From a virus, in the IMG/VR virus record IMGVR_UViG_3300047547_000167, positions 28,928-92,927 of that record: 64,000 nt of DNA; one strand, given 5' to 3'. This document shows, piece after piece, positions 37,930 to 47,677 of this stretch. The notes below the pieces were generated by a model. The model was not told the origin of the DNA. It searched no databases and was given only the letters and a program-made list of their open reading frames with translations. The translations under genes and the position numbers were made by a program. Positions within the stretch are counted from its first letter, which is position 1, and each line of letters opens with the position of its first letter.

Positions 37930-38352
37930 TCAGGCTGCAGTGCCGACCACATCCAGCGCGTTGAACTGGCCGCTGGCCACGATGATCTGGTGGGCGTTGA
38001 TGTCGATGTCGCCGGAGGCGTAAGACACGCCAACGTACTTGCGCAACAGCTTGCCGTCGTCCTTGGAGTACCACTCCAGGTCGAACACCAGGCCCTGCAG
38101 CATGGCGTCGCCGTTTTCAGCGGCAATCCCTGCCTCAAGCATGGCGCCCTTGATCAGCACCATCTGGGACACGCTGATGGAGTGCCGCGCCATGGTTGGC
38201 ACGTACTCCTGGACGTGAATGTCGCCGATGCCGGATGCAGGCTCGGGGCTGTAGTCGTCGTTCAAGCGAACCGAGCGGACCATGCCGATCTGCTTGCCAT
38301 CGAACACGACAACAACGCGGTTGCCGCTGCGGGTTTTGATGTTTTGTTTCAT
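37930..38352 (-). CDS. tail tube protein
   Basis: 140 aa directly after the sheath; SGNRVVVVFDGKQIG...GIGD...E.VP. Confidence 0.82.
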   Translation of the reverse strand: MKQNIKTRSGNRVVVVFDGKQIGMVRSVRLNDDYSPEPASGIGDIHVQEYVPTMARHSISVSQMVLIKGAMLEAGIAAENGDAMLQGLVFDLEWYSKDDGKLLRKYVGVSYASGDIDINAHQIIVASGQFNALDVVGTAA

Positions 38353-38363
38353 TCAGGTTCTCC

Positions 38364-40082
38364 TTATGCCGCAGTGGCAGAGCCGCTGAACGGCACGGCA
38401 AACACGGTCACCAGCACATAGTTGACGGGGATCACGGGCGAGCACTCGAACTCAACCCGCAGCACATCGCCCTCAAGCGTGGCCTTGATATTGCGGTAGG
38501 CCGGGCTTTCGGTGTTGCCAGCCAGCACGCCGGGGCCCTGGGGCTCTTCGCGGGCCAGCTCGCGCAGTGTGGACTCGGCGATGCTGATGGCGCGGGACAG
38601 CACCAAGGGGTTGCCCTTGGCGCCGCGCAGCACGTCCAACGCCTCGCGGATGTTGCGGTTGGTGAAGTCGAGGGCCACACCGCAGGACTGCTCCACGCGG
38701 TTGTAGTTGTCGTTCACCAGCCAGGTGCTGATGGACTTGACCACCTTGTAGCCGCTGGCCGTGTTTTCCAGGCACAGCACGCCGCCGGTGATCAGCACGT
38801 CGGTGTCGATGGGGTTGCGGAGGTCGCGCTCCAGGCCCTGCACGGCAATCGTCTTGTTGGTCAGCGGGGTGCCTGGGTTGACGCCGGCAAAGGCGCCAGC
38901 GATCAGGGCCGCAGAGATGTAGGCGGGGTACAGCGTCAGCACACCGGCCGCGTTGTATTTATAGTGCCCGAGGTGCACCAGTGACGTGCGGTCGCTGTTG
39001 AGCGCCTTCGCGGCCGCTACAGCGGCTGCGTCGGTGCTGCTCAAGCCCATGCCGACGATGGCGCGGCGCTCCATGCGGGCCACGTTGCTCATGTAGACGG
39101 CGTGGGCGTCGGCCATGGCGTGAATCGATGCATCGCCGGTAACCGGGCAAATCCACTGCGCGTCAACCGTCTGCAGCACCTCGAAGGCGTCAGCCCAGTC
39201 GTTTGTGGTGGTCGAGCCATTCGAGCCGCCGGACAGGAACGCAAAGGCGGACACTGCGGGCGTCTTTCCGACGGATGCCACACGGGTTGCGCGTACAAAG
39301 TCCTGCTGCGCGCCGTTGAACCAATCCACCAGAGCCTGGAGGTCGGCCTTCACGGTGTAGGGCGTGGTCTTCACGTTCTGGGCCGTGATGTAGTCCAGTC
39401 CATTCAGCGCGACCTTGGAGTAGTTGCCGTCGCCAACGGTGGCGGAGAACCCAGCCACCAGATTGATGCGATCCACCACGTCCTGAATGGTCGTGTACAG
39501 CGTCATGTCGATGGTCGCCACCGTGGTGCCAGTTGGGGCCTGCAGGACCACGCTGGTACCGTTGATGGTTGCCACTGCGGTGGCTTCCGCGCCGGTGTAG
39601 ACCAGCGAGAACGCGTTGCGGGTCAGGTTGTCGATGGTGTAGTAGGCGTCGTCCTTCTGCACCGTGGGGCGCAGACCGGTCACGCTGCCAGCCTCGATCT
39701 TGACCTTGATCTTGTTCTCGTTCACGCCGTAGCCGATGGACGTGAGGTTGATCACGTCGGCGGCGGTGGAGTCCCTCAGGACGCCGGTGGCCTGCAGGGC
39801 GGGGTTCACGCGGACTGCGATCACCTGGCTGGGGCCGTTGGTTTCCCGGCTGGGGTCAAACGCAGCCAACACGGCATCCAGCAGCTCGCCAGACTCCAGC
39901 GTGCGCTGGGCTTCCTGGGGGCTGCCAAAGCGCAGCGCCGTCTTGGGCGTGCCGCCAGCGGACGAGCCAACTATTGCGACGACGTTGCCGACGCTGAGGT
40001 TCTGGTTGCGCATCGCGTCGTCGTTAACGACAGACGCGGTGGTTGGAGTGATGAGCAGGCGCCCATTGAAGAATACAGACAT
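38364..40082 (-). CDS. tail sheath protein
   Basis: 572 aa; LSGGSNG, PLTNKTI, C-terminal PVIPVNYVLVT. Confidence 0.9.
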   Translation of the reverse strand: MSVFFNGRLLITPTTASVVNDDAMRNQNLSVGNVVAIVGSSAGGTPKTALRFGSPQEAQRTLESGELLDAVLAAFDPSRETNGPSQVIAVRVNPALQATGVLRDSTAADVINLTSIGYGVNENKIKVKIEAGSVTGLRPTVQKDDAYYTIDNLTRNAFSLVYTGAEATAVATINGTSVVLQAPTGTTVATIDMTLYTTIQDVVDRINLVAGFSATVGDGNYSKVALNGLDYITAQNVKTTPYTVKADLQALVDWFNGAQQDFVRATRVASVGKTPAVSAFAFLSGGSNGSTTTNDWADAFEVLQTVDAQWICPVTGDASIHAMADAHAVYMSNVARMERRAIVGMGLSSTDAAAVAAAKALNSDRTSLVHLGHYKYNAAGVLTLYPAYISAALIAGAFAGVNPGTPLTNKTIAVQGLERDLRNPIDTDVLITGGVLCLENTASGYKVVKSISTWLVNDNYNRVEQSCGVALDFTNRNIREALDVLRGAKGNPLVLSRAISIAESTLRELAREEPQGPGVLAGNTESPAYRNIKATLEGDVLRVEFECSPVIPVNYVLVTVFAVPFSGSATAA

Positions 40083-40094
40083 GCTGGGCCTCGC

Positions 40095-40310
40095 TTAAAC
40101 AGGCTTGTTGCGGAATGCGTCGAACCGAGCCTTAAACTCGGACTCGGTGGCGCTCACACGCCCACCGGTGCGCTCGTGGTGCTCAAAGGCACCGATCAGC
40201 TCCGGGCGCTTTACGGTCGCCGACAGGCGAGCGCAAAACTCATTCAGATGCTGCGGAAGTTCCGGCGTCGCGGGCTGCGCCGACGCTTCAGCGGTGGCTA
40301 ACTTGCTCAA
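40095..40310 (-). CDS. hypothetical virion-associated protein
   Basis: 71 aa, TTG start, in the structural operon. Confidence 0.6.
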   Translation of the reverse strand: MSKLATAEASAQPATPELPQHLNEFCARLSATVKRPELIGAFEHHERTGGRVSATESEFKARFDAFRNKPV

Positions 40311-41143
40311 TTGGTGCTCCTTGAAATGACTTCGTTGATGACGCTGTTCACGCGACCGGCAACGCGAACCGGGGCCAGGCAGGTAAACGTGTTCATCACC
40401 TGATAGATGTGAGCGGGATACTCGCCATTGACCGCGTCAATGTCCTGCTGCGACAGGTTGCACTGCTGCCAACCCTCGTCGGCAAACACGGGCAGGTTGG
40501 CAACGATGATCCGCCTGATGGCCTTGCGAAGCTCCAGGCGCTCATCGCTGTTCAAGCTCCAGCCGATCAGGGTCACGCTGACATTCGCCAGCCACCCCTC
40601 GGATTCGGACCAGTCGCCACCGATCTCGTCGAACTGGTCGCCGATCATGTCCTCGCCCAAGAACCGCTCGCCGGGCTCCTCGTTTTCGAGGTGCACGGTC
40701 ACCAGCGGCATGGCGAGGTCACGCTCCAGCGAAGGTGACGCGGTGTAGACCTGGACGTAGCCCAAATCGGTGGCGAAGTTGCCGCGCTGGCACTCCACCA
40801 ACAGGCCGGACTCGATGCGCTGACGCAGCACCGACAACACGTCGGTGGATAGGTCTTCAAAGATTGCCGCAGGCGTTCCGCTGGCCGTTGGGCCCGCCGT
40901 CCACACGATGCCGTCGGCTGTGTAGTACGGGCGGTAGAACGCCATGACCTGATTCTGCAGGAAGGAAGAATCGACGGTTATGCGCTCGTCGCCTTCGTAA
41001 GCCACGACCGCAGATGCGTCGTCGTGGCCAGAAAATGTATCGGACCCCTTGCGGAGCACCTTCCACCGGGCGGCCCCGACTGGCGGCTCAATAAAGAGCC
41101 GCAGAGCGTTTCCGACGTGGAGTGGTTGCACCATGGAGATCAC
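40307..41143 (-). CDS. putative tail terminator/neck protein
   Basis: position upstream of the sheath; MPLVTVHLENE. Confidence 0.55.
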   Translation of the reverse strand: MISMVQPLHVGNALRLFIEPPVGAARWKVLRKGSDTFSGHDDASAVVAYEGDERITVDSSFLQNQVMAFYRPYYTADGIVWTAGPTASGTPAAIFEDLSTDVLSVLRQRIESGLLVECQRGNFATDLGYVQVYTASPSLERDLAMPLVTVHLENEEPGERFLGEDMIGDQFDEIGGDWSESEGWLANVSVTLIGWSLNSDERLELRKAIRRIIVANLPVFADEGWQQCNLSQQDIDAVNGEYPAHIYQVMNTFTCLAPVRVAGRVNSVINEVISRSTN

Positions 41144-41149
41144 ACCGGA

Positions 41150-41165
41150 ATTCTGACATCACGAC
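41150..41165 (-). promoter_or_regulatory. putative late promoter motif, 6 nt before GTG
   Basis: GTCGTGATGTCAGAAT-TCCGGT-GTG. Confidence 0.8.
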
Positions 41166-41167
41166 CG

Positions 41168-41183
41168 GACGTGACGACACAAT
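41168..41183 (+). promoter_or_regulatory. putative late promoter motif, 6 nt before ATG
   Basis: GACGTGACGACACAAT-CAGCGC-ATG. Confidence 0.75.
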
Positions 41184-41189
41184 CAGCGC

Positions 41190-42050
41190 ATGAGCGCACT
41201 CAGTTACAAGATCACGTTCTCCGCCGGGGCACTGCTTGACCTCTCGGCAGGCATCAACGCCAAGGTGGCGCCGCTGCTCAACAAGACGGTGCGCGCGGTG
41301 GCCCAGCAAACCGTCATCGACTGGCATAAGGCCGTGAACCAGGCCAAGCTGTGGAGCGGCGAGAAGGAAGCCTACATCCAGAGCATCAAGTGGGAGATGA
41401 CGGGCGACTTCAGTGCCATGGTCGAAGCCGACTACAAGCACGCCGCCGAGATCGAAACGGGGCGCGGGCCCCGCGACCTGAAGAAGATGCTCGACACCAG
41501 CAGCAAGGTCAGGCGCACCAAGGACGGGCGCCGGTTTCTGGTTATTCCCATGCGACACAACACGCCAAACAACACCGCGCACGCGAGCGCGATGCCCGGC
41601 GCCGTGCACAACCTGGCGTCAGCCATGGCGCCGTCGCGGGTGGTTTCCACTGGTCAGCGCCCCAGCGGCGAGGTCACCAACCTGTCCCCGAAATCCGGCA
41701 TGTCAGCGGCCAGCAAGCAGAGCCCGTACCTGAGCAACCCCAAGACCAAGCAGGCCTCCATGGTGGCTTCGCAGAAGTACGCATGGGGCGGCCGGTTGAC
41801 GATGGGGGCGCTCAAGGGTGCGGGGCTGGATGCCGCGACCGCCCGCCGCTACGCGGGCATGGTCAAGTTCCCGGACGGGTCGGGCGGCCACAGCCATGTG
41901 ACGTTCCGCGTGATGATGGAGGGCGCGACCGGCAAGTGGGTCATCCCAGCTCAGCCGGGCAAGTTCCTCGCCCGAAACGTGGCCCAGGCCATGCAGCCGA
42001 AGGCCGAGGCGGCATTTGCAGCCGCCGTGAAAAAGACCGTCAGCGGCTGA
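41190..42050 (+). CDS. putative neck/tail-completion protein (inverted orientation)
   Basis: A.EIE.G..PRDLK.ML...K.R..KDG.RFLVIP, TFRVM...W..P; basic protein. Confidence 0.65.
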   Translation: MSALSYKITFSAGALLDLSAGINAKVAPLLNKTVRAVAQQTVIDWHKAVNQAKLWSGEKEAYIQSIKWEMTGDFSAMVEADYKHAAEIETGRGPRDLKKMLDTSSKVRRTKDGRRFLVIPMRHNTPNNTAHASAMPGAVHNLASAMAPSRVVSTGQRPSGEVTNLSPKSGMSAASKQSPYLSNPKTKQASMVASQKYAWGGRLTMGALKGAGLDAATARRYAGMVKFPDGSGGHSHVTFRVMMEGATGKWVIPAQPGKFLARNVAQAMQPKAEAAFAAAVKKTVSG

Positions 42051-42681
42051 ACAAGTCCCACTTGCGGGCGACCACCTTCTTGGGCAGGCGCATGCCGCTG
42101 TGCATGTTCCGGTTGCTGGGCAAAGCGCCCCACACGAAATACTCCAGGTACCGCGTCCCGGTCAGCGAGTAGCTGGTGCCAGCGGGCGGCTCGCCCACGC
42201 CACCAGGCCACGTGGGGCGGCCATCGGCGCCGATCACCGGCAGCCCGCCCTCCACCACCAGGCGGGTGGTCGGGCGCAGCCAGAAGCACCGCGTGATGGT
42301 GGCCACAGCGAAAATCAGGCGCTCTGCCGGGGCCCCGCGCAGCAGCGGCTGCGAGAACACATCGCTGGCGTTGAGCATGACCACGCGGTCGAACTGGCCG
42401 GCGTCCCACAGGGGGCTGGCAGCCGGGATGCTGAGCACGGTGTCGCCGGATTCCCACAAACCGGACTGAGCCCACTCTGCGATCGTTTCCTGGCCAGCGA
42501 TACCGGTCACCGTCCGCACGGGGTCGTCCCACAGGCGCCCCTTGCCGGAGCACAGGGCGTGCTTGGAATCTGCCGCGCCGGATTGCGGGTTGACGCACGC
42601 GCAGGCATACGAGCGCCGCCAATCCACGGACTGCCCGATGTTGGCGAGGTGGCGATCAAACGCCGCTGAATTGAACCGCAT
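42040..42681 (-). CDS. putative head-tail connector (stopper-like)
   Basis: GQ.V.WRR...CAC...C.GKG; position in the module. Confidence 0.6.
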   Translation of the reverse strand: MRFNSAAFDRHLANIGQSVDWRRSYACACVNPQSGAADSKHALCSGKGRLWDDPVRTVTGIAGQETIAEWAQSGLWESGDTVLSIPAASPLWDAGQFDRVVMLNASDVFSQPLLRGAPAERLIFAVATITRCFWLRPTTRLVVEGGLPVIGADGRPTWPGGVGEPPAGTSYSLTGTRYLEYFVWGALPSNRNMHSGMRLPKKVVARKWDLFSR

Positions 42682-43760
42682 CAGATCACCACCATTCGCA
42701 CGCCATGAATGCGCGCCATGAGCCCGCCATTCGAGCCAGCCGGCCCGTTGAGGATGGTGTCAACGGCATCGTGGTACTTGCCGGCATCCACGGACAGGCT
42801 CTGCGAAAGGCCGTCGGCGCTGATTGACCCGGACTGCGGCATGAAGCCGTCCTCCACGACCTTGACCACGGCCATCTTTTGCACGGCGTCGATCAGGTCG
42901 GGGTAGTCGCGGGCGGCGTTGACCAGACCAGCGGTGTATTCCATTTCGATGGTGAACGGGAGCTGGCGGCCACCTGAAAACTGGCTGAGGAACATGCCAC
43001 CCAGCAGCGTCTGGTACGCCGTGCCCGTGGGCACGATCTGCACCTGGCCGTACCTGCCGTCATGGCGCACCCAGTCGGCTGGCACTTCCATGATTGTCTG
43101 CGTCGGCGTCGGATAGACGAACTTCATGCCGACGATGGACTGGATGGGCTTCTGGCGAGCGACGATCATCCCCCACTTGTCCCCGGTGTAGTTTGCCGGG
43201 TCGTAGTCATAGGCGGGGTCGATGTCCCACGGCATGCCCGCTGGCAGGGCCGCAATCTGCTCGGTGGTGGGGGCACGCGGAAAGAACCGGGTCGGCGCCA
43301 GAGGCACGCGCAGAGCGTGCGCCACGTGGGCCTCTGCCGCGAGAAGCTTCTCCCACAGGTACTGGTCGCTCACCTTCAGGTCGGGCATGATCGAATTGGC
43401 CAGCAGCATGAGCCGGTCGGCACGAATCTTGTCGATGGCCACGTCCTGAATGAACAGCGCAGAGCGCACGATTTGACCCAGCGCCACGGACGTGACCGCA
43501 AAGCGCTTCACGCCATGCGACCAGGCCACCGCCAGGAGCGCGTCACCAGCCGGGATGGCGAGGGTTTCCGCCTCGGTCAGATCGACCGACACGGCACCAG
43601 CGTCAGGGCCCAGCGTGGCGGCCTTTGAGGGCACGTAGACGGTGCCGCCATCGATGGAGATGACCGACGCCGTCACCGCGCCAGTGATGGGCACGGCAGC
43701 GCCACTGGCCGTGACGAGGACGGCCAGCGTGGCCGGCAGGTTCTGTGTGGTCGTGAGCAT
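42681..43760 (-). CDS. putative head-tail adaptor
   Basis: MEYTAG...PDL...SISADGLSQS; ATG at 43760. Confidence 0.65.
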   Translation of the reverse strand: MLTTTQNLPATLAVLVTASGAAVPITGAVTASVISIDGGTVYVPSKAATLGPDAGAVSVDLTEAETLAIPAGDALLAVAWSHGVKRFAVTSVALGQIVRSALFIQDVAIDKIRADRLMLLANSIMPDLKVSDQYLWEKLLAAEAHVAHALRVPLAPTRFFPRAPTTEQIAALPAGMPWDIDPAYDYDPANYTGDKWGMIVARQKPIQSIVGMKFVYPTPTQTIMEVPADWVRHDGRYGQVQIVPTGTAYQTLLGGMFLSQFSGGRQLPFTIEMEYTAGLVNAARDYPDLIDAVQKMAVVKVVEDGFMPQSGSISADGLSQSLSVDAGKYHDAVDTILNGPAGSNGGLMARIHGVRMVVI

Positions 43761-43770
43761 GATGGCGGCA

Positions 43771-43786
43771 ATCATCGCATCACGAC
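43771..43786 (-). promoter_or_regulatory. putative late promoter motif
   Basis: GTCGTGATGCGATGAT, directly after a terminator. Confidence 0.7.
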
Positions 43787-43787
43787 G

Positions 43788-43810
43788 AAAAAAGCCGCCC
43801 GGAGGCGGCT
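43788..43810 (-). terminator. intrinsic terminator
   Basis: AGCCGCC-tccg-GGCGGCTTTTTT. Confidence 0.85.
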
Positions 43811-43830
43811 GGGTCACTCTGGAGCGATGG

Positions 43831-44208
43831 TCAGAAGGTGGTGTCGTCGTCCGCTGCGTCGGCCTTGGCGGGCTTGACGGCTTTCACGGGGGCGGGGGCG
43901 GGCGCGGCTGCCTTGGCTGCCACGGCCTTGATTGCCGCCGCATCGGCGTCCTGGCGAGCCTTGGCAGCGGCTGCAGCCTTTGCTGTGGCCTCGTCGGCTT
44001 CGCGCTGGGCCTGGGCTGCAATCTCGGCCTTGCGGCGGGCTTCTGCCTCGGGGTCTTCCTTGTGCTCCGCGTAGCCTGGGATGGCCAGGAATGATTCGGC
44101 CTGCTCGGCGGAGACTTCATCGGACAGCATGCCGCCCTCGACCAGAGAGAACTTCACGCCGTTGATTTCGGCGGCGGCGTTCGGGAGGGTGCAAATGACT
44201 TTTGGCAT
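43831..44208 (-). CDS. hypothetical protein, Ala/Lys-rich tail
   Basis: VICTLPNA...INGVKF...FLAIPGY; SD AGGAG. Confidence 0.7.
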   Translation of the reverse strand: MPKVICTLPNAAAEINGVKFSLVEGGMLSDEVSAEQAESFLAIPGYAEHKEDPEAEARRKAEIAAQAQREADEATAKAAAAAKARQDADAAAIKAVAAKAAAPAPAPVKAVKPAKADAADDDTTF

Positions 44209-44229
44209 AGAAAACTCCTAAGTTGGATG

Positions 44230-44256
44230 AAAACAAGCGCCCGGAGGCGCTTGTTT
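44230..44256. terminator. terminator-like hairpin after the major capsid gene
   Basis: AAACAAGCGCC-cgga-GGCGCTTGTTT. Confidence 0.75.
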
Positions 44257-44274
44257 ATTTTCACCGATCAGCGA

Positions 44275-45783
44275 TCAGGCAAACGGCTTCCAGGTGCTGT
44301 TCCGGGGCAGAATGTTCTTGATGTAACCGTGATGCTTCGGCTTGGTCACGCGGAGGTAGCCAAACAAGAACTGGAACCAGCTCACAACCGGCACGCCACC
44401 CACACCGAAAGGCAGGGGAATCTTGGTCATGGGCTGGAACTGGCGCCAACCGATGGCGTCAGCCGACTGGGCCAGGTTCAACACGGGCACCTTGCAGGTA
44501 CCAGGGATGTCGCGGTTCAAGTCGGTGTACACGGTGCTGGCACCGGTGCGGGGGATGATGCACATCAGGCGCAGGTCGCTGGTGCCGTCGGTGCCGTTCT
44601 GGCGGCCGCGATAGATCGCGTAGCCAGTCTCGGTGCCAGAGGCCGACACGGTGATGGTCACGACAGCCTTCTTGCCTGCGGCCACGGCGATCTGGCCGGA
44701 CTTCAGGATGGTGGACTGACCCTGACCAGCGCCACCCACGCCAGCGACGGCGTAGTAGTAGTTACCGGCGCGAGGTGCGGTGAACTGGCTGGCTGCATCG
44801 CTGGTGGCGGCATCCACAGCCACGGCAGCGGGCTTGAAGCTGTTGTTGGTTGTGGCCAACGCGGGCTGAGACAGCTCGAATGGCTTGGACATCACGAAGT
44901 CGCCGTGCTGCAGGAAGGTGTCGATGTTGGTCTTCAACACGCCTTCAGTCAGACGGATACCGGAGACGTGCGCACCGATTGCCATGTTCTGGTTGCCACC
45001 ATCGGGGCTCCAGCGGAAGGCGGGGTCCAGGCCCATGTTCAAGTCGGTCTGAACAGCGGTAGGCATGAACACGTCGGTGATGCGACCCCACGAACCGTAA
45101 TCAAACACCGAGGCGTTGATCTTGGTGAAGGGCTCCACGGTGTCCAGGGGCAGAGCGCCCATGTCGATCACGTTGCCTTCGGACATGCCGCCGGCGGCGA
45201 TCTCTTTGTCGATCTGCGCGAAGATGCCGTCGAACTCGGTGGGGCATGCAGCGGCGTTGCCGTAGAACAGCAGGTATTCAGCGTCGGTCATCAGCTGCAG
45301 GGCGCCGTTGCGCTCTTCCACAGCGGTGGCTTCCACGATGTTCTTGCCGATGTTCAGCACGTAGCCGACCTGGCGCAAGGTCATCAGGAATTTGACCAGA
45401 CCCACTTCACGGCTGTACTCGCCCTGAGCAGCGCGGACCACACCCATCTGGGAGTTGGTCGAGCCGCCGAGGAAGCCACCGATGCCGGTCTGGCGGGTGT
45501 ATTCGTCAACGATGTTGCTGGCGCTGGTCTGCTGCAGGCGCTTGAACAACACGAAGTGTTCCTGCTCCTGAATGGTGGTCTTCATGGCGGTGTCCAAAGA
45601 CTGCACGCCCAGAGCGCCACCACCGGTCAGGGTGGAAACGTCGGTCTGGTACGAGCTGGCTTCGAGGGCCTTCTTCAGATCGCCCATGGCGTCCAAAGAG
45701 CCGCCCATAGAGGCGCCGAGGGAGGGATTGCTGCCGCCGGGGGCCATGCCCGCAAACTGCTGCATCAAGGTTTGAGCGTCCAT
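44275..45783 (-). CDS. major capsid protein
   Basis: 502 aa; GGALGVQSLD, E..LFYGN...EFDGI; follows protease and scaffold. Confidence 0.85.
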   Translation of the reverse strand: MDAQTLMQQFAGMAPGGSNPSLGASMGGSLDAMGDLKKALEASSYQTDVSTLTGGGALGVQSLDTAMKTTIQEQEHFVLFKRLQQTSASNIVDEYTRQTGIGGFLGGSTNSQMGVVRAAQGEYSREVGLVKFLMTLRQVGYVLNIGKNIVEATAVEERNGALQLMTDAEYLLFYGNAAACPTEFDGIFAQIDKEIAAGGMSEGNVIDMGALPLDTVEPFTKINASVFDYGSWGRITDVFMPTAVQTDLNMGLDPAFRWSPDGGNQNMAIGAHVSGIRLTEGVLKTNIDTFLQHGDFVMSKPFELSQPALATTNNSFKPAAVAVDAATSDAASQFTAPRAGNYYYAVAGVGGAGQGQSTILKSGQIAVAAGKKAVVTITVSASGTETGYAIYRGRQNGTDGTSDLRLMCIIPRTGASTVYTDLNRDIPGTCKVPVLNLAQSADAIGWRQFQPMTKIPLPFGVGGVPVVSWFQFLFGYLRVTKPKHHGYIKNILPRNSTWKPFA

Positions 45784-45821
45784 TGCTGTGTCCTTAAAAG
45801 TGAAAGTTGATGAGGCCGCGA

Positions 45822-46466
45822 TCAGGCGAGGGCGATCTTCTGGATCAAGCCCGGCTCAATGGGGTGATTGCCGCGCAAGCTGACGCTCACCACATTGAGT
45901 TCTTTGCCGCTGATCTTCCCGGCATCGAAAGCTGCATTGGCCTTGGCGAAGAACTGCTCGGGGGTGACACCCGCGTCAGCATTGGCCTTGGCCATCGTGT
46001 CGCCGATGGCGGGCTTCTCAACCACGGTCAGCATGGCTTTGCGGCCGCGACCCTGGGACGAGAGCTGCGCCACTTGGGCGGACAGCGACTTGATCATGTC
46101 GCCCTGCTTGCGCACGACGGTATTGAAAGAGTCCAGCGCCTTGGCCAGCACCTCTTCGGACTGGCCCTGGCGTGCCATCAGCGACTTCACCAGATCGGTG
46201 GCATCCACGGCTTCATGGGTTGCGCCAGACTCGTCGGTGAACGCGAAAGACTTGCCGAAGTCGGGCTTGTCGCCAGCGGCGGGCGCGGCATCGGCGGGGG
46301 CTGCGCCACCATCGGCGGCAGCGGCGGCGATTGCGGCGTCGTCGCCATCCTCGTCGTCGTCGTCCTCGGCGGGCGCAGGTGGCTCGGCGATAGCCTTGGC
46401 CATCGTGTCGGTTTCGGTGCCAATAGCACCCAGCTCCTCAAGGAGCGCTTCAAAGTTCTTGCTCAT
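45822..46466 (-). CDS. putative scaffold protein
   Basis: acidic, Ala-rich, coiled coil; seven hydrophobic-x-K-[A/S] motifs; directly upstream of the capsid gene. Confidence 0.65.
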   Translation of the reverse strand: MSKNFEALLEELGAIGTETDTMAKAIAEPPAPAEDDDDEDGDDAAIAAAAADGGAAPADAAPAAGDKPDFGKSFAFTDESGATHEAVDATDLVKSLMARQGQSEEVLAKALDSFNTVVRKQGDMIKSLSAQVAQLSSQGRGRKAMLTVVEKPAIGDTMAKANADAGVTPEQFFAKANAAFDAGKISGKELNVVSVSLRGNHPIEPGLIQKIALA

Positions 46467-47371
46467 TTAATTCTCCGGTTTTTGGAAAGACCTGATTTCA
46501 GATCGCTCAGAAAGCGATCCACCCACTCGGCCGACTCATCGAGCGAGAGCACGAAGGCTTCTGCGCTGTAGTGCATCAGGCCATTCGCAGACGTGTCGCT
46601 GACCTTGCCGCTTTTGACGGCGGCCGCGAGACGCTCACGAAAGTCGAAGTATGACTTCGGGGAGCGCGCCCCACTGTCCAAGGACTGAGTGGTCAGCGCG
46701 GCTCCGCCGGTTTTTGCCGTGGCGTCGGTGGCATAGGAGGCTTCGAGGGCTTTGGTCATGTCAAAGCCGCCCGCGCCCCAGGACTTCGCCAGGACGCCGA
46801 AAGGGATCGTAGACACACCACCAACGGTCTGATTCACCGGGTGCTGGCTGAGCGCAATGTTTGTCCAGCGCACGCCGCTGACGACGCCCACGCGGTCACC
46901 GGTATCGGGGTCGATGCGGGTGGACTTGGCCAACACCTTGCCACCCACGCTGGGGTACCACTTGCGGGGCGGGTGCAGCTTGGTCATGCTGTCCCAAACC
47001 TCGTTGGCGCGCTGAGCGAGGGGTGTATCGCCGGTAAATAGCTGGGCCTTCACGAAGGTCGAGGCACCGCTGACGCGAACATCAACAGGCGTGCCGATTT
47101 CCCAGTGCTCAGGGTTGTCTATGCCGTACATCTTGGCGACGGCAGGCATGGATTTGTGGTCGAGGTCGATGTTGCCGAACTTGAGGTAGTGCCCGGCTGA
47201 CTCTTCAAGAGCCTTTGCCAGCACGATCTCGTTCTGCTGGTCGCGTGCCTCGCGGGAGGCTTCCAGATAGACGAAGCGACCCGCGCCTTCCTGAGCAGGC
47301 GTGGCCTTCAGCATCATTTCGATACTGAGGTAATCGGGGAGGCCCGCAATCAGCTGCGCTTCGCTGGTCAT
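46463..47371 (-). CDS. putative prohead protease
   Basis: EAS.EARDQQNE, IDLDH, WYPSVGG, IALSQHPVN pattern of HK97-type maturation proteases. Confidence 0.7.
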   Translation of the reverse strand: MTSEAQLIAGLPDYLSIEMMLKATPAQEGAGRFVYLEASREARDQQNEIVLAKALEESAGHYLKFGNIDLDHKSMPAVAKMYGIDNPEHWEIGTPVDVRVSGASTFVKAQLFTGDTPLAQRANEVWDSMTKLHPPRKWYPSVGGKVLAKSTRIDPDTGDRVGVVSGVRWTNIALSQHPVNQTVGGVSTIPFGVLAKSWGAGGFDMTKALEASYATDATAKTGGAALTTQSLDSGARSPKSYFDFRERLAAAVKSGKVSDTSANGLMHYSAEAFVLSLDESAEWVDRFLSDLKSGLSKNRRIK

Positions 47372-47377
47372 GAGCGA

Positions 47378-47393
47378 ATTCTTGCGTCACGAC
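47378..47393 (-). promoter_or_regulatory. putative late promoter motif, 6 nt before ATG
   Basis: GTCGTGACGCAAGAAT-TCGCTC-ATG. Confidence 0.8.
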
Positions 47394-47419
47394 TGAGCGC
47401 GTGGGCTGGCCACCTGGAT

Positions 47420-47677
47420 TTACTCGCCCAGCGCCTGCCGCGCCTTCGCAATGACGGTGGCGAGCTGGCCGCGTTCGGTGATCAGGGATAGATAGCGGTC
47501 CTGCGACGCGCCAGGGGCCGTCTCCACTCCCGGGCGCAGCCGCTCGATGGCCGCATTCACCTCATCCAGCCTGGCGGTGGCCCGCTCCAGGATGCGGCGC
47601 TCGGCGGCTTCGGTTTTGGCGGCCAGGCCGTGCAGCTCGCCCAGGTGGGCGCGGGTGTTCTCGATGTGGCGTTTCAC
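47420..47677 (-). CDS. hypothetical coiled-coil protein
   Basis: 85 aa, GTGA-coupled start. Confidence 0.6.
   Translation of the reverse strand: MKRHIENTRAHLGELHGLAAKTEAAERRILERATARLDEVNAAIERLRPGVETAPGASQDRYLSLITERGQLATVIAKARQALGE

Noticed and set aside
43761-43817. Longer N-terminus for the 42681..43817 ORF
   Set aside because: The extension runs through a terminator and the late motif; ATG 43760 is preferred
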